Assembly: GCA_028534125.1 (NCBI GenBank)
Contig: CM052817.1
Location: 69,814,001 to 69,878,000 of the forward strand
Direction: 5' to 3'
Length of the DNA stretch: 64,000 nucleotides
Origin: Lama glama
Lineage: Eukaryota
The translations under genes and the position numbers were made by a program. The notes below the pieces were generated by a model that saw only the letters and a program-made list of their open reading frames with translations, did not search any database and was not told where the DNA came from. Below are positions 24,978 through 37,729 of this stretch, piece by piece. The stretch's first letter is position 1; each line of letters opens with the position of its first letter.

Positions 24978-25093
24978 TTTTTTTTTTTTTTAAATATAGA
25001 ACACTTCACAGATTTGCATGTCATCTTTGTGCAGGGGCCATGCTAATCTCCCCATCATTCCAGTTTTAGTCCATATGTTGCTAAAGTGGGCAC
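24978..25093 (-). pseudogene. Full-length retroposed U6 snRNA pseudogene with poly(A) tail and TSD
   Basis: The reverse complement of 24992-25093 (GTGCCCACTTTAGCAACATATGGACTAAAACTGGAATGATGGGGAGATTAGCATGGCCCCTGCACAAAGATGACATGCAAATCTGTGAAGTGTTCTATATTT) aligns end-to-end to U6; poly(T) at 24978-24991; TSD TGATATTCA(G/A)TCTT at 24966-24979 and 25094-25107. Confidence 0.95.
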
Positions 25094-25399
25094 TGATATT
25101 CAATCTTACATTTTAAAAAATGCACGTTCCTTCTCTAATCCATTCCCCTTAATGTCAAGTTCAGTATGATTTTCAGGGTTTTTGCAATAATAAAATTTTT
25201 ATAATTGATCAAAGATCTTTGGGAAACTTTCTGGCAGATTTTGGTCTGAGGCCAAGGGGACCTCGAAGTGAAAAAAAGAGTGAATTATTATTAGTATTGG
25301 AGACCATATCGTGGGGTTAATCTCTGGAGAAGGGTCCTGACACACCCGTCAGTATGTTAAGATAGTAAAAGTTGGTCAAGGGGAAGGGAACCAGCCAGC

Positions 25400-25660
25400 A
25401 GCTTGTTTTGTGCCAGGCTCAGGGTACTACTGTAAACACAGACACAGTCCATCCCCTCATGGAAACTACCACCCAAGGTGGGAGACATCCAGTCAAAACA
25501 AGGAAACAACTATCCAGTTACAGACTGTGAAAGTGGATCAGTAGTGCTGAGAGAGAATGAGGGGAGGCTTACTTTAAACAGTGGTTGGGAAAGGACTTTT
25601 TTGAGAAAGGAACATTCGAGTTGAGAAGTTAAGGTTGAAGAGATGCTGGCCATTTGTAGT
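25400..25660 (-). mobile_element. L2 fragment
   Basis: tgtgccaggc...gtaaacacagacacagtccatcccctcatggaaact...gagaaaggaacattcgagttgaga. Confidence 0.65.
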
Positions 25661-26595
25661 TGTTAATCCAAGGAAGAAACCCAGGATGTTGGTGGTACAT
25701 CAGGGTGCGGCTCGACTCAGGTTAAGAAATTTGTTCAGGGTAATGTAGCTAATTATGAAGCATATGTAGAGCAATGCGAAGCTCTCGTGGGTTCCACTAT
25801 CAGTGTTTCTCAACTTTCTTATCCTCCAGTATTCCTTTTTACATAGGTTTTTCCTAACCACACCCTTCCTTCTGAGGAATTTTTACACCCTTCAGAGGAC
25901 CACAAAACATTTTTCCCACACTTAGGGCACTAATTTTCCCCATTGAGAATGCACGGTCTATTGGTTACTATCTGCGGGCCTCCTTTTGGGGCAGACAGAA
26001 AGAAATGGGCTTTTATTGGATTTACTATCCTTGGATCTTCAACTGGATTTTAGATTCCTCGAGGCAGAGAACTATCTACAACATAATTGATGCCACTTAT
26101 CGTGACTTTTTTTTTTAAATCTTCCAAAAAGTGGGGAAGGGTGGAATAGAAATGTTGGAAGCAGAGCATGAAAAAAATCCTTAATCCTTGGTCTAGTCTA
26201 ATTTTTTATTTACATGAAGAAACTAAGATTACTAGGAAGTTATCAATCTCTCTAATCCAGTTCGGTGCCATTTCCAGGACACTCTTGGTAAGGAGCGGGT
26301 TTGGGAGTGTGCAGTGATTGTTAGGAGGAGGAGTTCAGGTTTGACTGTATAGCCTGAAGATTTGGATGTGCACAAAGTTACAATCAGGAAAATTAACTTG
26401 GCAGATTCTTTAATACTTTTCTGGAACATTATGACGATTGTGACAGGTGCCCTGCTGCTAATAGGCATAACAAGGAAAATCTGATTAATAATTGCTTCTG
26501 TATTTCTGAGGCAGGACAACATATGTCTACAAAGACAACTTTGTGGGAATGGAGGAAAAAAGTGAACTATAAATAGAAAACACCAGTAACCTTTT

Positions 26596-26760
26596 GAGGG
26601 GAGGGTACAGCTGAGTGGTAGAGTGTGTGTTTAGCATGCACGAGGCCCTGGGTTCAGTCCCCGGTGCCTCCTTTAAAATTAAATAAACAAGTAAATAAAT
26701 AAACCTAATTACCTCCCCCCCAAAAATAAAATAAAAAATAAATTTAAAAATTAAAAAAAA
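26596..26760 (+). mobile_element. Vic-1-type SINE (sense orientation)
   Basis: ggggagggtacagctgagtggtagagtgtgtgtttagcatgcacgaggccctgggttcagtcccc...aaacctaattacctcccccc plus A-rich tail; TSD AAAA(C/T)ACCAGTA(A/G)CCTTTT at 26577-26595 and 26759-26777. Confidence 0.92.
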
Positions 26761-29064
26761 AATACCAGTAGCCTTTTTCAGAGAATGAAATTGAGAGGGT
26801 GATTGTGATATAACTGTTCTTTCCCACTGAGAGTCTTTTGTCGTTAAGGTTGGGATTACACATGTCTAAAGCACGTGGGTTTGTTGAGGATAATTCATGT
26901 GATGTATGTTAGTTTGGAAGAAAGGCAGGGAATATATTTGAAACTAGGTCATGGAAGTTGTATTCCAGATCTTTTCCTGTGTCTGTGTGTGTGTGAGAGA
27001 GAAATTTAGCTCAGGCGAGTTCTAGTTATCAGGCAGCCACAAAAACTAGAGTAAGGTCTGCCTGTCTCAGTGAACTGTCTTGCAGTTTCCAGTTGTGCCT
27101 CAGTGAATTTTGGAGGTAGGTCTGTCTGAATGACCTTACAGACACATTTTGAATTAATTGATTCCATTTGTTTCTTCATTGACTACTAGTCACCTGTATA
27201 GATCTTACTTTTTTTTCATGATTCTTTATCCAGCCATTTCATCTAAGCCTACAATTCCCCCTCTTGTAATTTTGTTGTTGTTTTGTTTTCCTTCTTGACA
27301 AGTCAGTTGCCTTTAGTAGGTGAGCAAGGAACTGGAAAATTATGAAACAACAGCCTGAAGGATGTAATTTATAAAAGTGTTTCTAAGTGGTTTAGTAGAG
27401 AAGACAGAATACTAAAGGTAAAATACGATGTTAGACCCTACGTTTCACTTCTGTTCTAGGTCCGTTTGCCAAGCATTCGCCCTACGCTGCCATCATCATT
27501 AAAGAAAACAAGGCTGAATCTTTTTGTTTGAAACAGTGTACTTGAACTTTGCTTCTAAAATGCTATTTGTAAAAACAATCTTAAGGTTGGATACATATAC
27601 TCATTTTTATATACAAGTAATTAATTAACTATTTTTGAATTCTAAGAATCCTTTGATCCCTTCCAATGTGAAACTTGAAAGAAGGAAATACTGACAAAAT
27701 GCTTTTTTTGAATCACTTGTCCTCAGGTACATTTTTTGTTCATTGAAATGAGATTTGATTATAATCTAATGAGAATTTGGATTGATTCTTTAAACACAAC
27801 CAATTTAACAAGTATAGCTGTCTGATGAACCAGCTGACGTACTAAGTATTTGTTTATAAACCGCAAGTGTTAACTACTAGTTTCTAAATACTGTGTCTTG
27901 AAGTGGAAGCAGTGGAAGTAGTGTTGTGTCAGCTGTGAATTGCCAAGGACACAGCTGTCAGTGAGAAACCAAATAAGCAGAGGATATGACTATGGTGGAG
28001 AACTGGAGGTGGAGCTCTGAGGTCTGGAGTCCTTAGGGTCTATCTCCATCCTAAGGGTGCCTTCCCAGGAAAATGAAAAGATCCCACTCCCTTTGGGTTA
28101 GGACCGAGGAGAAAAATAATCACGCATTGGGCTGCTGCTTTACAAAAGGTATTCAGGGTGACCAAGCAGGTTACCTGCACATGGTTGCTTGTGTAGTTCT
28201 GAACTGTAGATGTAATTCGTGGAAGCCTTAAGAAGTCTATTTGAAATTGAGGCGTTTTAATTTAAAATCACAGCATAAAACTTACATGGAATTTTGCTAA
28301 TTGCAGAGAAATATCTTCTGGGATCTGTCTGTTATTCCTGTAGTCAGATTTCTGTCTCGTTCCATCTTCTGCAGATTCTGTCTTCTGCAGATGTGTATTA
28401 CGTTAGCTGGATTTTAGCTCGTAGAAAGGTTCTTGGTAGCAAGTTTTCTTGAGACAGGCAGCTTGGAAACTCTTGACTTAGGGAGCTCCATTAAATTGTG
28501 TCTTTGGCTATGAGACTGTTCTAAGGGATGTCCTAAAAATGTCATTTTGGAAGGAAAGCAAATCATCTCTTAGGCATAGTTCATCAGGGTACATGTTTGC
28601 AAATGGCACATTACAGATCTGTGCTAAGCCCCCTCCTTATATGGGCTTATGATGCACACTGAATGAACCTTTCATTTCAGCAGGATAAAGTATGCTGTAA
28701 ACAGGTACATAGAGTATGAAAACCTGTAGGGGCAAAGATGGAGATACAGATCTAAACACATCATACCACAGGATGGAGTGCTGCCCTGACCACAAATGTT
28801 GTTTCATCAACATTAAGCAGTGTTTAGAATGTTCTCCATATTTAAAAGGCTTAAGTGCTTTTGAATTGTAAGGCAGATTTAGATCAGTAGCTGTGTTTGA
28901 GCAAATTGTCATTGTCCTTGAAGGACATAACTGGGGGCTGTTTTGCCATTCATTTTCTAGTGCTGCTTTACCATATATGGAGTATTTCTTGTTTTTATTT
29001 TTGAAAAAATTATTGCTCTCTTAAAAATATCTTAAAAATGAGTTTATGGGTAACTCTGAGAAGT

Positions 29065-32000
29065 ACTTTTTTGTAAATTAATAGGCCTTATTTCTTGGAG
29101 CAGTTTAGGTTTACAGAAAAATTGAGCAGAAAGTGCAGAGTTCTCATATGCCATGCCATCTCCTCTCCCAGTTTCCCTTATCATTGACACCTTGCATTAA
29201 TGGGGCACGTTTGTTACAATTAATGAGCTGATACTGATACAGTATTATTAACTGAAGCCCGTAGTTTACATTAGGATTCACTTTTGTACATTCTATAGGC
29301 TTTGACAAGTGTTTGACATAGCCATCTTGTACAGTATCATATAGAATAGTTTCACCACCCTAACAACCCCCTGTTCTTCACCTATTCATCCCTCCCTCCC
29401 TCTCCCCCAACCCCTGGCAACTGCTGATCTTTTTACTGTCTCTGTAGTTCTGCCTTTTCCAGGATGCCATAAAGTTGGAATCACACAGTATGTAGCCTTT
29501 TCAGATTGGCTCTTTTGCTTAGCAGTTTGCATTTAAAGGTCTTCCATGTCTTTTTGTAGCTTGAGATAGCTCATTACTTTTTATCATTGAATAATATTCT
29601 ATTGTATGATGTATCGTGGTTTGTTTATCCATTCACCCTTTGAAGGACATCTTGGTTGCTTCCAGCTTTTGGCAATTATGGGTAAACTTACTATACACAT
29701 TTGTGTGCAGGTTTTTGTGTGGACATAAGTTTTTAATTCCTTTGGGTAAATATCAAGGATTGCTAGATCATATGGTAATAGTGTCTTTAGTTTTGTGAGA
29801 AACCACCAGACTGTCTTCCAAAGTGGTTATACCATTTTGTATTTCCACCAGCAATGAGTGAGAGTTCTTGTCGCTCTCCATACTCACCACCGTTTGGTTT
29901 TGTCAGTGCTGCAGAATTTGGCCATTCTGATAGGTGTAAAGGTATCTCATTATTGTTTTAATTTGCATTTCCCTGTGACATGTATGTGAAGCATCTTTTC
30001 TTTTGCTTATTTGCCACTTCTGTGTCTTCTTTGGTGAGATCTGTTTAAGTCCTTGACCCATTTATTGATTGGGCTATTTTCCTACTGTTGAGTTTTAAGA
30101 GTTTTTGGTATATTTTGGAGAACAGTGCTTTATCAGATGTGTCTTTTGCAAATGTTTCTCCCATTCTGTTGCTTATCTTCTCACTTGACATTGCCTTTCA
30201 CAGAACACAAATTATTAATGTTAGTGAAGTCCAGCTTATCAGTTATATCTTTCATGGATCATGCTTTTGTTATCTTATCAAGGAAGTCTTCTCCATATCC
30301 AAGGTCAGTTGGTTTTCTCCTTTGTTATCTTCTAGGAGTTACATAGTTTTGTGCTTTACATTTAGGCATGTGATACATTTTGAGTTAATTTTTGTGAAGG
30401 GTGTAAGATCTGTGTCTGGATTCCTTTTTTGCATGTGAATGACCAGTTGTTCCAGTAGCGTTTATTGAAAAGACTGTCTTTGCTCCAAGGTATTGTCTTT
30501 GTTCCTTTGTCAAAGACCAGTTGACTTTATTTATGTACGTCTGTTTCTGGGCTCTCTATTCTTTCCCACTGACTTGTTTGTCTATTCTTTCACCAATATG
30601 AGACTGTCTTGATTGCTGTACCTTTACAGTAAGTTTTGAAGTCAGGTAGTGTCAGTCTTCTGCCTTTGTTTTTGTCTTTCAAAATTGAGTTGGCTATTCT
30701 GGGTCTTCTGTCACTCCATATAAACTTTAGAATCAGTTTGTCAATATCCACAAAAATAATTTGCTGGGATTTTGATTGGGTTCAAGTTGAGGTGAACTGA
30801 CATCTTAACATTTATTCTTACTATTCATGAACACGGGATATCTCTCCATTTATTTAGTTCTTTGTTATCTTTCATCAGTTTTGTAGTTTTCCTCGTGTAG
30901 ACCTTGTACATATTTTGTTAGATTTATACCTAAGTATTTCGTTTGGGGGGAGGGTGCGAATGTACATAGTATTGTATTTTAAATTTCAAATTCCAGTTCT
31001 TCATTGTTGATGGATAGGGAAGTGATAGACTTTTGTGTATTAACCTGGTATCCTGCAACCTCACTATCATTGCTTGTTAATTCCAGGAGTATCTTTGTCA
31101 ATTCTTTTGGATTTTCTACATAGAAGATCATGTTGTCTGTGAAACAAAGATAGTCTTATTTCTTCTTTCCCAATCTCTGTATTTTTAATTTCCTTTTCTT
31201 ATCTAATTGCATGAGCTTGGGTTTCCAGTTTGATGTTATGAAGCAGTGGTGAGAGGGCACATCCTTACCTTGTTCCTGATCGTCATGGTAAAAGTTTGAG
31301 CCCCTTGGCATTAAGTATGATATTAGCTATAGGCTTTTTGTAGATATTCTCTACCAAGTTGAAGTTCCTCTTTTTTCCTAGTTAACTGAAAGTTTTTATC
31401 ATGAATGAGTGCTGGGTTTTGTCAAATTCTTTTTCTGCATCTGTTGATATGATCATATGATTTTTCTTCTTTAGCCTGTTGATGTGATGGATTATAATAA
31501 TTAATTTTTCAAAAGTTTAATCAGCCTTGCATACCTGGTATGAATCTTATTTAGTTGTGATGTATAATTTTTTTTTACATTGTTCGATTCAGTTTTTGAA
31601 TTTTGTTGATTATTTTGCATCTGAGCCCATGAGAGATACTGGTCTGTAGTTTTCTAGTATTGTTTTTGTCTGGTTTTAGTATTAAGGTAACGCTGGCCTC
31701 ATAGAATGATTTAGGAAGTATTCCCTCTGCTTCTATCTTTGGAAAGAGATTGTAGAGAATTAATATAATTTCTTCCTTAAATATTTGGTAGAATTCACCA
31801 ATGAATTCATCTGGGCCTGGTGCTTTCTATTTTGTAAGGTTATTAATTATTGATTCAACTTTTTAAATACATATAGGCCTATGCAGATGGTTTATTTTTT
31901 GTGTGAGTTTGGGTAGATTGTGTCTTTGAAGGAATCAGTCCATTTCACCTAGGTTATTAAATTTGTGAACATATAGATATGTTCATAGTATTCTTTTATC

Positions 32001-32715
32001 ATCCTTTTAATGTCTTGGGATCTGCAGTGATGTTCTGTCTTTTATTTCTGATGTTAGTAGTTTGTATTCTTTTTTCTTCCCTTAGTTAGCCTGCCTGGAG
32101 GCCTGTTGATTTTATTGATCTTTTCAAAGAACTAGCTTTTGTTTTCATTAACTTTCTCTTGATTTCCTGTTTTCCATTTCATTGATTTATGCTCAAATTT
32201 TGTATTTCTTCTATTTACTTTGGGTTCAGTTTACTCCTCTTTTTCTAGTTTCCTAAGGTATAAGCTTAGATTATTGATTTTAGATCATTTCTAAAAGTGT
32301 GCATTCATTGCTGTAAATTTCCCTCTGCTTTTTAGAAATGTGTTACTTCAGAAAACTGCTGACAGGCAGAGCTGTACGGTCTCTTTCATTGCTTTCAGCT
32401 GTGACTCCTACAATAAAAAAGATCACAAAAAAGAAAAGAAATGTGTTGCTTATTCTTCAAGTATTTTGGGATTTTCCACAATGGGATTTTCCATTGTGAT
32501 CTAAAAGGACGCAATGCATAATTCCTATTCTTTTAAATTTATTATAGTGTGTTTTATGGCCCAGAATGTGATCTCTCTTGGTGAACGCTCATGTGAGCAT
32601 GAGAAGAATGTGTATTCTGCTGTTACTGAATGAAGTAGTCTGTAGACGTCACTTAGATCCAGTGGATTGTGTTGAGTTCCACTATGTCCTTGCTGATTTT
32701 CTGCATGCTGGATCT
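29065..32715 (-). mobile_element. Old L1 (L1MC-like 3' end plus degenerate ORF2 extending to the EN region)
   Basis: 3' end gagcagtttaggtttacagaaaaattgagcagaaag; continuous antisense ORF2-type sequence (gctggcctcatagaatga, gaagaatgtgtattctgctgtt); no long ORF. Confidence 0.9.
32349..32436 (+). mobile_element. 88-bp orphan retro-insertion (AATAAA, A-tail, 15-bp TSD) of unknown source inside the old L1
   Basis: TSD AGAAATGTGTT(A/G)CTT at 32334-32348 and 32437-32451; AATAAA 32412-32417; A-rich tail from 32427. Confidence 0.8.
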
Positions 32716-35400
32716 GTTAAAGTGACTTTTAAAGATCACACTTAGCAATACCAGAATCCAGTCTAGATTCAAGTCTCCTAATTGTAATAAAATATTCTTT
32801 GTCCATGCTCTTTTCCTCAGGTCCTCTTTACTTTCTTTTTTATCATATTTCCCACTGCTCTCAATTAGAGAGTGACTCACCACCTAATGCATTATTAGAG
32901 TTTAACCAAAGTACCATGAAAAAGTAAAAAATGGATGTGTCTACTCTCACTGGAGAAAGTACACATGCTTGCGTTTCCTTGACACATTTTCATTTCTTTA
33001 GAAATGTAATAGGACGCTGAGTTTATTTACTGTCTGTAAACATTTTTACAAGGGTGAATAAGAATTATTCTTTACTTTTCTCTCTAGCAAGCTTTAAACA
33101 CTTCAGGGAGGTTGGGAAGGACCTCGAGGCTTCTTTTTCCATGTGCTAAACCTCATCCTTCTCTTGAAGGTGTCAGATTCTGAAATCAAGGTGGTGTCTA
33201 CATTATCCGAAGCCCATGGATTGTATTCTGAAAGCAAGAGAGAGGGTGGGACTGTCTTTAACGATGACATCTACAGTGTTTACTCCTTAAACTTTTCCTC
33301 TGTGTACTCTGAGGTGTGGCCTCTGACCACATGTGACTCAGAAGCTCAGTGCAAAAGCACATTGGCTGATTTATTTACTTGGTTAGCATCACCATCCATG
33401 TTGTGACAGCTCATTAGAGCCTGGGTTCTACCAGCGGGACCTCTGGTTTACATCTTGATTCTCGCCTCTGGCCCCTACCCTCAAAAATGTATTCATCCTC
33501 CCTGAGCTCTGGGTGCTTTGCTTCATTTTCCTTTATTTTGCTTGGGGTTCAGTTGCAAAAAGCTTTTTAGTAACGTGCCCCTCATTTCACTTCCATCCTT
33601 CTTCCCCCTTTCCAGTTATTCTTGGTGCTTTCATTGCTATTTTATTTGGACACCAACTAACTCTTTGTGGTCCTGAGAGTTTACTTTCTTGATTCACATA
33701 GTGTTCTCTGAACATCATCCTTCAAGACTTGAAAGAAGACCTTGAAATAGTTGTGTTACCAAAGAGGATTATGTAAATCTGCCAATATGTAATTTGCTTT
33801 GAGATTGCTTAGAAGGAGTGTTGGAAACCTGTTGGGTGAGGATGTCTGAGATGGGTGATGACACACAGGTAGATCAGGTAAATTCCTTATAAAAGAGTTA
33901 AAGTACAGATTACTCATTTTCTTTTCTTTTTTTCTTATTTGTACTTCATTTGCATTAACTTTAGTGGAAGTGGTTTTCCAGAGTTAGCATCTCATAAAAT
34001 AATCCATAACATCACTAAGCCCACTGAATATGTATGATTTAAAGTTTTTTCCCCCCAAATTATTCATTTTCTAAAGGAAGAGAAGCAAACTGCTGATAAC
34101 TACTGAGGAGACTGGAGTAAACAACCTCTTAAAAATATTAAGAGTATGGACAACAAAAGATTAGGAAAGAGGAAAATAAGAACTAGGGGATATGGATTAC
34201 AGAACCAAGAGACTTGACCAGGCTGGGAATCCAAAGGAGACTTCCCGAGCAGGAGCTGGAAGGTTTGCACAAGCTTGGCCATCGCTGAGTTACTCAGGTG
34301 TAGCTCGTCTGCTCATTCTGTTCACCTGCTCAGATACATACTCCAGGATCCTTGCAATTTTTGTTATAGTACTTTCATGTATGTATCCTGAGGAGTTACT
34401 CTGCCTCCCAACAAATGTCCTTTCTCCCTAACCAGAGGTGAACTCCGTCTGGCAGCCTCTTTCTAATAATACCCCCACCCCAATTTGTTTCTGCCTAAAT
34501 TCATATTTATCCATGTCTGGTTTCATTTTTACTTCTAGTTTCATTTTTATTTTCAAAGACAGGATTTTATTTGAGCAAGAGTAATAATCACAGTAAATAT
34601 GCACATTTTACTTTAGTTTTATGAACTGTATAATTATGCTATATTTAACTACAGAGGCTGAGCTCTTTGCTACCTGGTGGTACATCACCACAACTGGCAT
34701 CTTGCTAAAAAGAAAAAAACCTTTTAAGTTTTCAGGACAGAGTATTTTTATTTGCCTACCTCAAACATAGTGACCAAAATGAAAAATGAGGTTTACTATT
34801 TTTATCCTTAGTACATGATATGAAACAGACTATGTGCTTATCATAATAAAATTTTTAAAGAGAATGTCAATATGATAGCTGATATTTGGAAATTTGTGTT
34901 GGGAGCTGAAACTCATCTTTTCTCCTTTTAAATTACAATAACAACTTTTGTTTATTTTAGAAAATTTTAAAAATTGATAAGCAAAGGGAAAACTTAAGTC
35001 ATCTATAGATCTATCACCTGTTAACATTTTGCCTTATCTTACCAGCATTTATGTTTATGCAGGCAACTTTTAAAAAACAAGGTAAATAGGGTCATATACA
35101 TATCACTGTTTTGTACTCATAAGTATATCATGAACCTCTTTTGTCACTTCCCACTCGACATGGTAAGGAAGCATTTCAGTATTCTGTTGTATCCATTCAC
35201 CACAATTTCTTTAAGCAATCCCCTATTGATGGACACTTAGTTATTTCCATTTTTTATTAATGATGTCAGAGGCTCAGACCTCAATCTTGTTCACATTCTT
35301 AGGGTATTTTTAAAATATAAGAAATGTGTTTCATTGTTGTCATGGAGAGCACCTTGATATTTTTGTTTTTTAAGCCAATTTATATGTATCTCACTTTTTT

Positions 35401-35524
35401 GTATTCTGACGGGGAGGTAATTGGGTTTCTTCGAGTTCTGCCTGGAGGAGGTCTGGGGAATTGAACCCAGGACCTCTTGAGTGCTGAGCATGCGCTCTAC
35501 CACTTGAGCTATACCCTTCCCCCA
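35401..35524 (-). mobile_element. Vic-1-type SINE with atypical linker
   Basis: ttgaacccaggacctc...catgcgctctaccacttgagctatacccttcc; perfect TSD TATCTCACTTTTTT at 35387-35400 and 35525-35538. Confidence 0.9.
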
Positions 35525-37620
35525 TATCTCACTTTTTTGGTTTGAGTTCTTTGCTCACCAATAAGGTTAAAACACTTTTTCATTTTCAATGTTAAAGCAT
35601 AAAGGAGTTGTTTTCTTTGGTTGCAGAAGGTCTGAAAGCATTTCTTAAAATTAAATAAATAAATGAAGTTTCACTGTTAACAATACAATGTGACCTTCTT
35701 GTCATTTCTTATGACTTGGACTCTAGGGAGATTGGATGTAACAATTACAACTTTGTGTCATGAAGGAAAGAACTAAATTGGTGATTGTTTCTTCATGCAA
35801 GACCTAACAGATAACCTGTAGAGGGTGGGAGACAGAGCGCTTTTTAATCTGTTAGTTCAACCTTTCTCTCTGGACTTTAAAAAAGAGGACTCCTATTCCT
35901 GGGATGTTTGAATGCTGTCTGTATTAGGCGGAGGAAAGTACAGAGTGACCTTTCAAGATACTTCAAATTTAAGAATCTATAATTAGAAAACACTATTTGA
36001 GGTCTCATAGTACAGTTTTACTCTTTAAGTGCCCGTCTAAATTACTGGGTCATCCCTCCCCCATTTTCTCCCTCCCTCTCTCGTTCACACCTGCCACGTG
36101 TGCATCCAAGGACTCTGCTTCAGAAAATCTTCATGGCATCAAACCTGTGGTTGTTATGGTATTAAACTGCTTTCCTCCCCTCTCCCCTCTTTAGAAGATC
36201 ACTTCAGTGACTTCAGTATCTTACTTGCAAGGGGCTTACCGGGGCCTCTTTAAGAACACAGCTGGCTGTCTTATAAAGAGGGGGTTAGTCAGTGAACAAA
36301 TAACATCAACTGTGTGCCATAAGACAGCAGAAAACCTGACAGACGTGGTCCCTAGTCTGAAGAAGTCAAGAAGAGTCTTCTTTAAGGAAGTGGGATTTGT
36401 CCAGGAGTGCATGGGAATTAATTGTACCTGCCATCCCTTGCTGAATGCTACATTTAGGGCCTGTGAACTGCAAGTATTTTAATCTATTTCTGCTTTCCCT
36501 GGGTGGCTAATTAAAGTGAAAATACATTGCTACAGTTGATTAACAACTTTTAAGATGAACACTATTTCAATCTGAAGAAAAAAGTTCTTAAATAATTAGC
36601 CTTAAGAACAACATACTTTGCCTGATGGAATGGAAAAAAGCTGACAAATCGCTGGAACATCAGCTCATTCACAGGACTCATGGAATAGCTGTGGAGGTTC
36701 AGCTGTGTTATGTCTTCCACGTACAGTGTGGGACTATCCGAAGGAACAAAGGTCCTTTGCTAGCTAAGGTTTGCTCTCTAATAACTAGTCTTTAAAATAA
36801 AAAATTAATCTATTTTCCAACTTACAATAAAATATGCCTTAACCACAATGGCTTTTGTAATTTGAAAACGCTCCACATTTAACTGTTAGGTAGAGCATGA
36901 GAGGACTGTGAGAAATAGGAATATTCTTTTGAGTCGTTTAATCCCCTGAGATGATTATGGCTGTTCTTTTGCCAAACAATGACTCTCTAGTCCATTAGAC
37001 TTAAAAACAGATGCTTCTGTGGAAAGTCACTTTCAGTGTATCATCAGGTTATGTAGTGTTTTTATGTGCTTTTTTTTTGGCCATCTCCTGATGGTAGAGA
37101 ATTTTGTTCCACAAATCTGGAACTGTCTTCTCTTCAGCTCTTACCAGATGCATGGCTGAGGGAAATGGAAGTAAAGGATGGATTTCTGGTGCAGTTGTGT
37201 CCCTGAAATGAGCCAGACCGTCAGAGCTGCTTATTTGTGTTACGTTGCCTTGGCTTCCTACCAAAGAAGCTCTAGAGAGTTACGCCTTGGAATTTATTGA
37301 GGGTCACGATGGAAAACTATCATATGACATCATACGATGATCTCCCTGGTCTGTGCTATTGCTCATCTCCCCTTGTGTACGGACTTGCAGTGAGCATGAT
37401 ACAGCTAAATGTTCAGAAAAACTTTTTCCCCCCGATGACCTCCTTCCACTACGTCTGTGATCAAGAACCCCCAATCTATATTCACCTGGCTCTCTGATCC
37501 TACTTTACTCCTCTTACCAGAGAATTTTACTTTGTAAGTTGTATCATTTACTTTATTCCTTTCTGAAGTGATGCATGGTATATATATTTCAAATGAAAAT
37601 AAATGAACTTCCATGACACT

Positions 37621-37729
37621 TTTTTTTTTCAGTGGAGGTCCAGGGGCTTGGACCCCAGGCTTGAACCCAGGACTTTATGCATGCTAAGCATGCTCTCTGC
37701 CACTGCACTATATCCACCCCCACCCCCTA
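37621..37729 (-). mobile_element. Vic-1-type SINE (short form) with duplicated B-box segment
   Basis: ggcttggaccccaggcttgaacccaggac; TSD CCATGACACT at 37611-37620 and 37730-37739. Confidence 0.88.
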
